Origin: Spirochaetia bacterium
Lineage (GTDB): Bacteria > Spirochaetota > Spirochaetia > DSM-2461
DNA length: 64,000 nucleotides
Direction: 5' to 3'
NCBI GenBank assembly: GCA_963668315.1
Contig: OY764216.1
Location: forward strand, 608,001-672,000
Shown one piece after another: positions 1-9,560 of the stretch. The notes under the pieces were generated by a model. That model did no database searches. It was not told the DNA's origin and saw nothing but the letters and a program-made list of their open reading frames with translations. The position numbers were made by a program, and so were the translations under genes. Positions within the stretch are counted from its first letter, which is position 1. Each line of letters starts with the position of its first letter.

Positions 1-1287
1 GATCTTTCATCCTATTTCAACTATCTGTCCCTCACGGCGGATGGTATGAAAATCGTCGCCGGCGCTTTCGGAAAGTACATCAGGGTTTCCACAGATTTCG
101 GAACAACCTGGGATGAATTTACAAAAAAGGCGGATTGCCTCTCTTACAGTCCGGACGGATCATTGCTGATAATATCCTCCTATAACGGTACATCCTATGA
201 CCTTTTTGTTTCCGAAGACGATGGAGAGTACTGGACGGATTATGAGGACATGACCTGGCCGGCTAAAGTTCTGGCTCCCACATCCGACGGTAATACAATA
301 TATGCCACCAAGGGCAATACCCATGGATTCGCCAAGGTTTCAGAGAACAAAGGAGCCGACTGGACTGATATAAAGAATATCGGTCGAAGGGACTGGACGG
401 ATGTGGCCATCTCCCCGGAAGACGGTCAATTCCAGGCGGCACTCTTTGACGACGGCAGCGAAGGGATTCTCTTTCTCTCCGATGATTTCGGAAGCAGCTG
501 GACGGAAAATACCGCACTTCCCTCATCAACCTGGAGGAATGTCTCACTTTCAAATGACGGGCAGACAATCCTTATTACCGGAGAAGAAAAAACAAAACTG
601 GCTCTTTCCTCTGATGGAGGACAAAGCTGGTCGGACACAACCCTGGAATCAGAATATGACGACTGGCAGGGCCAGGCCGTATCTTCCGACGGTAATACGC
701 TCCTGGCTCTCCAGGACTACGGTTCTCCTTTCATTTCCTTGGACGGCGGCAGTTCATGGTCTACGATATCCGGTCCGGCTGACGGGCTGCACTGGACTGC
801 TGCTGCAGTTTCAAGGGACGGCAACTCAATGGCTATCGCAGGAAAGGAGCTCTGGACTTCAACCGACGGGGGAACGACCTGGACGAATTTAAACAAGGAT
901 GGTTTTTGGAACGATGTTGATATATCCGAAGACGGGACCCATATCCTCCTTGTCTACACAAGTGGGAAGGATATTGAATATACAACAGACGGGGGAGTAA
1001 ATTGGGAGAAAACCGATTTCAAAAATTCCGATTACCCCTATCCTATCTCTGCCCGACTCTCTAGCTACGGAGAAGGAATAGTCCTTGCCATGAGCAAATC
1101 CTACTATTATGCAGATGATCTACCCACGTCTCCCGGAGACCTATTAATATCCATGAACGGCGGGACGACATGGGATTCTGCCGACGGAGCCGGGATGTCC
1201 AAATGGACAGCTGTAGATGCCAGCAGTGACCTATCTGTAATAGCAGGCGTGGCTCTTGATCAAAAAGGAATTACAATCAATAAGTAA
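1..1287 (+). CDS. Asp-box (BNR) repeat beta-propeller protein, 5'-partial
   Basis: Frame is open from base 1 (DLSSYFNYLSLTADG-M), so the start probably lies upstream of the window. Nine S/T-x-D/N-x-G-x-x-W Asp-boxes (VSTDFGTTW, VSEDDGEYW, LSDDFGSSW, LSSDGGQSW, ISLDGGSSW, TSTDGGTTW, YTTDGGVNW etc.). Confidence 0.8.
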   Translation, partial: DLSSYFNYLSLTADGMKIVAGAFGKYIRVSTDFGTTWDEFTKKADCLSYSPDGSLLIISSYNGTSYDLFVSEDDGEYWTDYEDMTWPAKVLAPTSDGNTIYATKGNTHGFAKVSENKGADWTDIKNIGRRDWTDVAISPEDGQFQAALFDDGSEGILFLSDDFGSSWTENTALPSSTWRNVSLSNDGQTILITGEEKTKLALSSDGGQSWSDTTLESEYDDWQGQAVSSDGNTLLALQDYGSPFISLDGGSSWSTISGPADGLHWTAAAVSRDGNSMAIAGKELWTSTDGGTTWTNLNKDGFWNDVDISEDGTHILLVYTSGKDIEYTTDGGVNWEKTDFKNSDYPYPISARLSSYGEGIVLAMSKSYYYADDLPTSPGDLLISMNGGTTWDSADGAGMSKWTAVDASSDLSVIAGVALDQKGITINK

Positions 1288-1293
1288 ATGCCC

Positions 1294-1320
1294 GGGGCAG
1301 CGTCTCAAGGATGCTGCCCC
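1294..1320 (+). terminator. Probable intrinsic terminator
   Basis: GGGGCAGCGTC-tcaag-GATGCTGCCCC stem just after the stop codon; T-rich tract follows about 8 nt later. Confidence 0.6.
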
Positions 1321-1510
1321 AACTCTGATTTTTCTTTTCCCCGGAAATCACCGCCAAATCCTAAATTTCTCCACCCTATCTTAATTTTCCCTCTCTTGTG
1401 TCATCTGAAAGCTGTGTTATCATTTTTGAACATGCTTAATACAACGGGAAGGGCGAGATGTCCTATTTCCCTATCTGATAAAAGCATAATTCAAGGAGAA
1501 AGAGGAAAAA

Positions 1511-4500
1511 ATGATTCGTTTTCTAATTAATGTTTTCACTCCGTTCTTTACAGATCTGGGCGTCAGCCCGACGGATGTAGAACAGTATGCGTACGCCCTG
1601 AGCGGCTATGTTTACGCCATATTTATCCTTTTGGTGATTGCGGTTGCTGTTATCGTGGCCGCCCGCTGGTTCGCGAAGAAAGGGACTAAGCACGTCGTAA
1701 GATGGACGGCGGCCGTATCCTGGCTCGTTATAGTGGGAATTCTCGCCAATGTGATTTCCTTCGGACCGATGTATAATAATATCGCCCCTATTATGAATGG
1801 AAGCGCCTCCGTTCCGGAAGAAACGATTGCCGCCTCCCGGGCGCTTATCGAAGAGACCGGTGACGAAGGAATGGTACTCGTCAAGAATGACGAGGCCCTG
1901 CTGCCCCTTGATAAAAACTCCAACATCAACGTTTTCGGCTGGGCCTCCACGAATCCGATTTACGGCGGAACCGGTTCCGGTTCTGCTTCCCAGGTCGGCA
2001 ATATCGATATTCTCGCTTCCATAAAGAATGCCGGTTTTACCGTCAACCAGGAAGTCATCGATATGTATGCGGGCTACCAGGCGACGAGAGCCAGCCGCGA
2101 CGGTGTCAGCATCGGCTTTACCGACTGGTCCCTCCCCGAGCCCCCCGTGGAAAATTATACCGATTCCCTTATGGAAAACGCGAAGAACTTTTCCGACAAG
2201 GCTGTTATCGTTCTGGGAAGATCCGGCGGAGAAGGTCAGGATGAACCCCTGGATATGAATGCCGTGATCAACGGTACCTATGATATCAAAGACAAAGTAG
2301 CCAACGGTCACCCCCGGTATAACTATTTTACGGCGGCCTATACCAATAACGGAGAATACGACGATTTCACTCCGGGCATGCACTACCTGGAACTCTCCGT
2401 CTCCGAAAGAAACATGATCGAGAAGGTCTGTGCCGATTTTGATGACGTTATCGTTGTTGTAAATGCGAACAACCCTATGGAACTCGGCTGGGTTAACGAA
2501 TATGACAGCATCGATTCGGTTATTCTCGCTCCCGGTACGGGAGCCACCGGCATGGCCGGTCTCGGAAGAATCCTGAGCGGCGAAACCAATCCCTCCGGCA
2601 GAACCGTCGATACCTATCTCTATGACCTTACGGCGACTCCCGCCTATAATAACTTCGGGAACTTCTCCTATACCAATGTGGAGGATATCAAGGCCGACCT
2701 GACAGAGCAGGATCCCGGTTTCCGGGGAGCCCTCAGCTTCCTGAATTATGCCGAAGGCATCTATGTGGGATATAAGTTCTGGGAAACCGCCGCCGAAGAA
2801 AACCTCATCGACTATGACGAGAGCGTTCTTTTCCCCTTCGGTCACGGCCTGAGCTATACCTCCTTTGACAAGTCCATTTCCCACTTCCAGGACAAGGGCG
2901 ACTCCGTCTCTCTCGACGTAAAAGTGACCAACACCGGTGACGTAGCGGGAAAGGACGTGGTCGAGATCTATTACTCCGCTCCCTATTACAACGGGGGAAT
3001 TGAGAAATCCTCCGTCAATCTGATCGATTTCGGAAAGACCGAAATCCTTCAGCCCGGTTCTTCGGAGACTATCTCCTTTGTTATTCCCAAGGAAGATATG
3101 GCTTCCTATGATTCCAGGGGCATCAAGACGGCCGGCAACGGCGGGTATGTTCTGGAAGCCGGAGAGTACACCATCTCCTTAAGGGCCGACTCCCACACCG
3201 TTCTGGATGAGGCGTCCTTTATGGTTGATGCCGATATCGATTACAGTGTCACCGGAAGGGTTTCCGACGATGACGTGGCCACCAACCAGTTCCAGGATTA
3301 CGCCCTGAATGACGGAACCCATGAAATTACCTATCTCTCCCGGGCCGACGGTTTTGCCAACTATGACGAAGCCACCGCCGCTCCCTATGACGATATGTAT
3401 GTCATGAATGACGCCAGAAGAGCTTTTATCATGGAAAAAGCCACCGCTTACTATGATCAGACAAAGTACGACAATCCCGAAGATGTCATGCCCGTAACCG
3501 AGGCGAAAAACGGACTCGGCCTGGCCGATCTCACCGGCAAATCCTACGACGATCCCCTCTGGGACCAGCTTCTGGATCAGCTGTCCGTTGAAGATATGAT
3601 CAACGTGGTCAACCTGGGCGGTTTCCAGACGGTCGCCATTGATTCGGTCGGCAAAGTGCAGACCCAGGACTCCGATGGAACTTCGGGACTGAACGACTGG
3701 TATATCCAGGTCTACGGTACGGCCTACTCCACCGAAATCCTGATCGCCCAGTCCTGGAACAAGGATCTCGCCTACCGCGTAGGCCAGGGCGTCGGCCAGG
3801 AATATGCCGACTGCCGCATCTTCGGCTCCTACTCCCCCGCCATGAACACCCACAGAACGGCCTTCGGCGGACGAAACTTCGAGTACTACTCCGAAGACGG
3901 CGTTCTCGCCGGATACATTGCCTCCCACACCGTCAACGGTCTGGCTTCCAAGGGCGTTTACCCCTACATCAAGCACTTCGCCCTTAACGAGCAGGAAACC
4001 GACCGGTGCAGCCTCCTCCAGACCTTCTCCGACGAGCAGGCCATCAGGGAGATCTATCTGAAGCCCTTCGAGTACGCCGTCAAGAAATACGAGGGAACGG
4101 CCATTGCCGCCATGTCCTCCTTTAACTTCATCGGCGACAGGTACAGCGGTTCCAACCCCAGCCTCCTGAATAACGTATTGAGGGGCGAGTGGGGATTCAG
4201 GGGACTGGTTCTTTCCGACTGGTACGGTTCCTACGGTTACCAGAATACGGTGGACTGCGTCCTTAACGGAAACGATTCCATGCTCGGATTCAACAATAAC
4301 GCCTCTTCCAAGATTACCCATACGTCACCCACTATTGTCAAAGCGATGAGACAGGCTTCCAAGAACCTGTTCTACACCGTGGCCAACAGCGGGAACTACA
4401 CCATCCCCGACCCCGATGCGGGCAAGATGGATCCCATGAACAAAACCTACATGTGGATCGATATTATTGCCGCCGTCGTTCTTCTGGGGGCTCTGGCCGC

Positions 4501-4540
4501 TGTCTATGTCAGGTACTTCAGAAAGAAGAGGGAAGAATAG
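1511..4540 (+). CDS. GH3 beta-glucosidase-like glycosidase, permuted domain order, membrane-anchored at both ends
   Basis: GH3_C motifs (LVKND..LLPL, YAEGIYVGY, FPFGHGLSYTSF) precede GH3_N motifs (GRNFEYYSED, IKHFALN, nucleophile SDW). Two N-terminal hydrophobic segments and one C-terminal one ending in RKKREE. Confidence 0.9.
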   Translation: MIRFLINVFTPFFTDLGVSPTDVEQYAYALSGYVYAIFILLVIAVAVIVAARWFAKKGTKHVVRWTAAVSWLVIVGILANVISFGPMYNNIAPIMNGSASVPEETIAASRALIEETGDEGMVLVKNDEALLPLDKNSNINVFGWASTNPIYGGTGSGSASQVGNIDILASIKNAGFTVNQEVIDMYAGYQATRASRDGVSIGFTDWSLPEPPVENYTDSLMENAKNFSDKAVIVLGRSGGEGQDEPLDMNAVINGTYDIKDKVANGHPRYNYFTAAYTNNGEYDDFTPGMHYLELSVSERNMIEKVCADFDDVIVVVNANNPMELGWVNEYDSIDSVILAPGTGATGMAGLGRILSGETNPSGRTVDTYLYDLTATPAYNNFGNFSYTNVEDIKADLTEQDPGFRGALSFLNYAEGIYVGYKFWETAAEENLIDYDESVLFPFGHGLSYTSFDKSISHFQDKGDSVSLDVKVTNTGDVAGKDVVEIYYSAPYYNGGIEKSSVNLIDFGKTEILQPGSSETISFVIPKEDMASYDSRGIKTAGNGGYVLEAGEYTISLRADSHTVLDEASFMVDADIDYSVTGRVSDDDVATNQFQDYALNDGTHEITYLSRADGFANYDEATAAPYDDMYVMNDARRAFIMEKATAYYDQTKYDNPEDVMPVTEAKNGLGLADLTGKSYDDPLWDQLLDQLSVEDMINVVNLGGFQTVAIDSVGKVQTQDSDGTSGLNDWYIQVYGTAYSTEILIAQSWNKDLAYRVGQGVGQEYADCRIFGSYSPAMNTHRTAFGGRNFEYYSEDGVLAGYIASHTVNGLASKGVYPYIKHFALNEQETDRCSLLQTFSDEQAIREIYLKPFEYAVKKYEGTAIAAMSSFNFIGDRYSGSNPSLLNNVLRGEWGFRGLVLSDWYGSYGYQNTVDCVLNGNDSMLGFNNNASSKITHTSPTIVKAMRQASKNLFYTVANSGNYTIPDPDAGKMDPMNKTYMWIDIIAAVVLLGALAAVYVRYFRKKREE

Positions 4541-4579
4541 GGTTTACTGAGTAATCTCCCAATATAGTAAAATAGTGAT

Positions 4580-4616
4580 GAGGCTGTTGCAGTATTATCT
4601 GTAACAGCCTCTTTTT
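4580..4616 (+). terminator. Intrinsic terminator
   Basis: GAGGCTGTTGCAG-tattat-CTGTAACAGCCTC followed by TTTTT. Confidence 0.8.
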
Positions 4617-4659
4617 ACGGCACGCCTTTCCTTCTCTCTTCGGTTGAATAAATCACGGG

Positions 4660-6207
4660 ATGATATATAATAGAATCAGCATGAAACCTCTTTTTACAGG
4701 TCTTACCATCGCTCTCTTCGCCGCTATAACAGTTCTGTTCCTCCTCGGGAAAAAAGCCGAAGCGGATCCCGAACCCGCCTATACGCCCCTCGGCTGGTAT
4801 ATCGATTTCGAATGGTTTAACCGGGTCTGGGGGGAAGATCTCGTTTCACGGGAAATCCGGAGCAGAACAGAGACCCAGGTCTCTTTCTACATCCCCGGTT
4901 CGGGGGGCAGCAACCACCGGAGCCTTTCCATGATGATAGCCACAAAAACCCTGCCCGATCTTATCACCCTCGACGCCGAGGATCTTCATGTCAGGGAGCT
5001 GATAGAGAGCGGACTTATCTATAATCTGGATGAACTGGCCGAAAGAAACGACTTCGAGTTCTACCGCTACATAGATCCGGAAGTTTACGACCATATCAGG
5101 CAGCCCGACGGGGGCCACTATTTCTATCCCAGTTACTCTGTCTCAAAAAGGGATTATGACGACTTGAAAGACAGGATGTACAACTCCTACGCGTTTATCG
5201 TCAGAAAAGATATCTACGAAGCAATAGGAAAGCCGGATATGACGACACCCCGGGGGTTTCTGAATGCTCTCCAGGCCGCCAGAGACGCTTTCCCCGAAAC
5301 GGAAGGCGGTCCTCTGATTCCCCTGGGCTTCAACGAAATGCAGACCGATCTGAACTCCCTGAACTTCCAGCTGAAGGGGATCCTGGGGCTTCCCAGGGAG
5401 GCTTCTCTCAACCCTCTCTATCTGAACTGGATAAAAACATTCCGTGAAGCCTACCAGAAAGGGCTTATCGCCCCTGAGATATTCATCGATAACAGGGCTC
5501 AGATACAGAGCCGCATCGTCAAGGGCAGGTATTTCTCCATGCTCTACCGCTTCCACGACGCCGAGGAGGCCCTGACCGAACTGTACACTGAAAATCCGGA
5601 TATGATGTACATCGCCGTTCCCGGTCCCTACCCTGAGGAGGGAGTTCCCCCGGAAGGCTACTACAACCTGGTCGATATCGACGGCTGGACGGTGACCATG
5701 GTCGCCCGTGACAGCGGGAATCCCGACGCGGCTTTCCGCCTGATGACCTTTCTCATGAGTCCCGAAGGTCAGCTTCTTATCAAATACGGAGTAAAGGGGA
5801 TAACCTGGCAGGAGACCGACGGACGGATCAGCCTGATCCCCGAAGTGGAGGCACTCAGAAATACGGACCGCGTCGAGTATAACCGGATTTACGGCGCCGA
5901 TTCCCACTACTGGATGCTGGAAAATCAATCCTTTCAGCTCCGTTACTGGCCGCAGCCCCTTTCGGGTCCTCTTGAACAGATTCGCGGATTCTCCCTGGGG
6001 AAAGTCCTCTATCAGGACAAATCCGAGTTAATCTCGCTCATGCTTGATGAGAAAGTCTCCGATGAATCCTTGTATCTGGACGATCTCAAATGGAACGATA
6101 CACTTCTGAAGCTGATTACCAGTGCGTCTGAAGAGGAGTTTGAGGAGATTCTGACCGAATACCGACTGTTCAGAAAAGATCTGGGGCTGAGCGATGCCTT
6201 TGAATAG
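4660..6207 (+). CDS. Family-1 extracellular solute-binding protein with N-terminal membrane anchor, probably a sensory partner of the adjacent kinase
   Basis: LPDLIT, VRKDIYEAIGKPDMTT, FLMSPEGQLLIKYGVKG are typical of LplA-like SBPs. Overlaps the downstream kinase by 14 bp; no permease genes adjacent. Confidence 0.8.
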   Translation: MIYNRISMKPLFTGLTIALFAAITVLFLLGKKAEADPEPAYTPLGWYIDFEWFNRVWGEDLVSREIRSRTETQVSFYIPGSGGSNHRSLSMMIATKTLPDLITLDAEDLHVRELIESGLIYNLDELAERNDFEFYRYIDPEVYDHIRQPDGGHYFYPSYSVSKRDYDDLKDRMYNSYAFIVRKDIYEAIGKPDMTTPRGFLNALQAARDAFPETEGGPLIPLGFNEMQTDLNSLNFQLKGILGLPREASLNPLYLNWIKTFREAYQKGLIAPEIFIDNRAQIQSRIVKGRYFSMLYRFHDAEEALTELYTENPDMMYIAVPGPYPEEGVPPEGYYNLVDIDGWTVTMVARDSGNPDAAFRLMTFLMSPEGQLLIKYGVKGITWQETDGRISLIPEVEALRNTDRVEYNRIYGADSHYWMLENQSFQLRYWPQPLSGPLEQIRGFSLGKVLYQDKSELISLMLDEKVSDESLYLDDLKWNDTLLKLITSASEEEFEEILTEYRLFRKDLGLSDAFE

Positions 6208-7804
6208 TTCCCTCCCCGTCATGCTTCCCTTCCAGAAGAAAATCCGCCGGGTCATGTTCACCGCCATTCTCGTCCTGAGCATCTCCTTCCTCGTCGTCAT
6301 TCTGATTCAGCGCTTATACCGCTCCTACGACGAGGCCGTCTCCCGGGGAGAAAGCGAACTGCAATACTTCCGGACCGAGCTCTTCAATCAGATAGATATC
6401 GTCAATAAATACAACGAGATGATAAGCCGGGACTTCGACTTCCTGGATTTCATCACTTCCCCGGAAGAAAAAAAGGGTAAGGATTACTATGAGTTCCGCA
6501 AGAATATATTGGCCCGTCTGGAAAACATTCTGGAGATAAACAATTTCAATACGGAACTGAAGATATTCGTGGATAATCCGAAACTTCTGGCCGTCCCCCC
6601 CCTTCTCTACCCGGCGTCATCCTCCCTGTCGGACAGGTTGGAAATTCAAAGGAGCGGGGATGTCTTTTTCCTTCATGATATAACCACCTTCATGTACCGC
6701 AACAGGAAGATCATCGTCGAATTCACGATCCCTCTGACCAATCTTCTCGATGTACGTGACAAAAGCCTTTCCCTTGTTGTCCCTTCCATGGATCCGGACC
6801 TGTACATCAGCTATATGAACCGGGAAAGAACGGCAGACAAAGTGATCGCCGCCCTCCCCGACCTTGACCTGATTCTCGTCTACAAGCTCAACCTCAACTC
6901 TCTATTAAGGGAAATAACCCTGTACGGGCTGATTCTTCTGACGATTACGGCGTCCTATTTCCTTTTTCTCTTCTATCTGTCCAACCGCAGAATACAGCCT
7001 CTCTTCCGCGATATATCCATACTTTTCGAGGCGGTAGGTCAGGTTAAATCGGGTATTCTCAAGGAATCGGTAACCACCCTGCCCGAGACAAGCGAGTTCT
7101 ACCCCTACTCCCAGCAGCTCCAGCAGGCCGCGGACAGCATACACAGCCTGATCAGCGACGCCGTCCTCAAGGAGAGATCGCTCCAGGATATGGAACAGAA
7201 GGCGCTGCAGGCCCAGATAAACGCCCACTTCCTGGCCAATACGATCGAGGCCATAAAAATGAAAGCCCTTCTGCAGAGAAACTACGAAATCTCCGACGGC
7301 CTGACCGACCTGGGCCATATGATCCGCTACGCCATTCAGTGGGACAGACAGTTCGTTACACTGGAAGAGGAACTGGAATATATTGAGAGATTCGTTAATC
7401 TTTACGCCATGCGCTTTGAATATAAGCTGGACTATTCCGTTTCCATGGACAGGGATCTCGAAAAAATCAGCATTCCCAAGCTGACCATTGAGCCCTTCGT
7501 GGAAAATGCCATTGAGCACGGAATCCGCCCCAAGGGAAGTGACGGGCAAGTATCCATAGGGATCACCGGAGATGATGATTATCTGTACTGCACTGTCGCC
7601 GATGACGGAATTGGATTTGACCCGGAAAGCCTGGTAAGCCGCGGCCTTCCGGGAAAGGGGATCGGCATCCGCAATGTCTACGACAGACTGAAAAAGCATT
7701 ACGGTACGGATTTCGGACTTGATATAAAGACAGAACCGGGGAAGGGAACGGAAATTATCCTTCGTCTGAGGAGAGAAAAGGATGCTGAGAATTCTGATAG
7801 CTGA
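6194..7804 (+). CDS. Sensor histidine kinase, YesM/LytS type
   Basis: Two TM segments, H-box LQAQINAHFLANT, EPFVENAIEHG, DDGIG, GIGIRNV, GKGT. Confidence 0.9.
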   Translation: MPLNSSLPVMLPFQKKIRRVMFTAILVLSISFLVVILIQRLYRSYDEAVSRGESELQYFRTELFNQIDIVNKYNEMISRDFDFLDFITSPEEKKGKDYYEFRKNILARLENILEINNFNTELKIFVDNPKLLAVPPLLYPASSSLSDRLEIQRSGDVFFLHDITTFMYRNRKIIVEFTIPLTNLLDVRDKSLSLVVPSMDPDLYISYMNRERTADKVIAALPDLDLILVYKLNLNSLLREITLYGLILLTITASYFLFLFYLSNRRIQPLFRDISILFEAVGQVKSGILKESVTTLPETSEFYPYSQQLQQAADSIHSLISDAVLKERSLQDMEQKALQAQINAHFLANTIEAIKMKALLQRNYEISDGLTDLGHMIRYAIQWDRQFVTLEEELEYIERFVNLYAMRFEYKLDYSVSMDRDLEKISIPKLTIEPFVENAIEHGIRPKGSDGQVSIGITGDDDYLYCTVADDGIGFDPESLVSRGLPGKGIGIRNVYDRLKKHYGTDFGLDIKTEPGKGTEIILRLRREKDAENSDS

Positions 7805-8549
7805 CGATGAGAAAATCGTGCGGGAAGGGATTAAGGATATGATAACGACGGCCTTCCCCGACCTATTCTATTTTTCCGAGGCCGGGGACGGGGCGGAACT
7901 GGTCCGCCAGGTGCGCAAGGAGAATATCGATCTGCTCATCACGGACATAAAGATGCCCCGGATGGACGGGCTTGAGGCACTGAAGGAGCTCTACCTCGAC
8001 CCGGAAGTCATAGAGCCCCTGACCGTCGTCATCAGCGGATACAGCGACTTCGAATACGCCAGGAGCTGTATAGAACTGGGAGTCAAAGACTATCTTCTTA
8101 AGCCGATAGAACGGAAGAAACTGGCCGCTCTCATCAGAAGACTTCTCAATGAATTCGACCTGGAAAAACTGCAGCCCGAAGAGGCTCCGGACGGGGAGAC
8201 GCTCAAGGAGAGGGAAGAGCACTATATCAAGGAGGCTCTTCTGTTCATAGAGGAGCACTATGCGGAGGATATCAATATGGCCGTCATATCCAACCACCTG
8301 TCACTCCACTACAACTATTTTTCCCCAATCTTCAAGAAATTCTCCCCCAGGGGCTTCAAGCACTATCTCAACACCTACCGCATCAGAAAGGCGAAGGGCC
8401 TCCTGGCCAACACAGATCTGAAGGTAATGGAGATAGCCGAGCAGGTCGGATACAGGGATGTCAAATATTTCACAAGGAAATTCCAGGAGCAGGAAGGGCT
8501 TTCGCCGCTCAGCTTCCGGAAGGAACAGGGCGAATCGGGCAGAGAATAG
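7782..8549 (+). CDS. Response regulator, receiver + AraC HTH (short YesN type)
   Basis: ILIADDE, LITDIKMPRMDG, YLLKP; C-terminal NYFSPIF...VGYRDVKYFTRKF. Confidence 0.92.
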   Translation: MLRILIADDEKIVREGIKDMITTAFPDLFYFSEAGDGAELVRQVRKENIDLLITDIKMPRMDGLEALKELYLDPEVIEPLTVVISGYSDFEYARSCIELGVKDYLLKPIERKKLAALIRRLLNEFDLEKLQPEEAPDGETLKEREEHYIKEALLFIEEHYAEDINMAVISNHLSLHYNYFSPIFKKFSPRGFKHYLNTYRIRKAKGLLANTDLKVMEIAEQVGYRDVKYFTRKFQEQEGLSPLSFRKEQGESGRE

Positions 8550-8573
8550 AAAGGGTCTGCGGCAACGACCTCA

Positions 8574-9560
8574 TCACTCGTGGGAAAAGGGGAAAAGAAG
8601 CTCCTGATACTCCCTTTCGAACATGTTCTCCCCGGTAATGAGCACCGAACCGGTATCCTGAAAGGAAATAACATCCTCCCCTTTCAGATAGCGGTAGGCA
8701 GTCCTTACCGAGAGATAACCCATGTTATACGGCCTCTGCACCACGGTAGCCTTGATCACCCCTTCTTCCAGATAACTCATCTCCCTCTGGGCGTTGTCAA
8801 AGGCGACAAGGGAAACCCTGTCCTTGGCGTTTTCCTCCTCTATCGCCCAGGCCACCCCCAGGGCCGATTCTTCATTCAGTGCGACAATCCCCCCCAGCTC
8901 GTCGTCCAGCAGCAGTTCCTTGGTAATCCGATAGGCCTTCTCCTTCTCCACATCGCAGAACCAGGTGCCTATCACCAGGGAGGGGTCAAGCTCATCGCGA
9001 ACGCCTTTCTCCCTGTCGATGGCCGTCGCGGTCTCTCTGATATGGCTGACGATAGCGATCTTTTTCCTGGGGTTTTCCCCGATCAGCCTCATCATCTCCC
9101 GGCCTGCCCGGCGGCCCGCCTCCACGTTATCGGTAGCGATAAACGAAACGGGCACAGCGGAATCCACTCCGGAATCGATCATGATAACGGGAACCCCCTG
9201 ACCGGCGGCTTTTTCCACCGAATCGGACAGGGCCGTATAATCGTTGGCCGCCAGGATAATCAGGGGGGGCTTTTTCGCGATGATGCTCTCCATGATATTG
9301 ATCTGCCTGTTAATCTCTTTCTCCTGCCGGGGACCGGAAATCTCCACGTCGATACCGAACTCCCGGGATGCCTCCATGATGCCCTGTTTCACCACATTCC
9401 AGAAATCCATGGCCGGACCGACATTCGATTTGAGAATGATCTGAATGGGCTCATTGGCGACGGGTTCCTCATCCCCAGAGAATTCATACATGAAGGAAAG
9501 GGCGATGAAAAGGAAAAAAGCGGCCGTGAGGCTCATAAAGAGAAGATACCACTTGTTCAA
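8574..9560 (-). CDS. Periplasmic sugar-binding protein (RbsB/type-I fold), membrane-anchored, co-transcribed with a two-component system
   Basis: DFWNVVKQG, VIMIDSG, FIATDNVEAG, LVAFDN, VVQRPYNMGY; N-terminal TM; 4-bp overlap with the kinase stop. Confidence 0.88.
   Translation of the reverse strand: MNKWYLLFMSLTAAFFLFIALSFMYEFSGDEEPVANEPIQIILKSNVGPAMDFWNVVKQGIMEASREFGIDVEISGPRQEKEINRQINIMESIIAKKPPLIILAANDYTALSDSVEKAAGQGVPVIMIDSGVDSAVPVSFIATDNVEAGRRAGREMMRLIGENPRKKIAIVSHIRETATAIDREKGVRDELDPSLVIGTWFCDVEKEKAYRITKELLLDDELGGIVALNEESALGVAWAIEEENAKDRVSLVAFDNAQREMSYLEEGVIKATVVQRPYNMGYLSVRTAYRYLKGEDVISFQDTGSVLITGENMFEREYQELLFPFSHE

Noticed and set aside
1288..1530. 80-aa ORF between the propeller and GH3 genes
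   Set aside because: Runs through a terminator and promoter region; no RBS or protein-like features.
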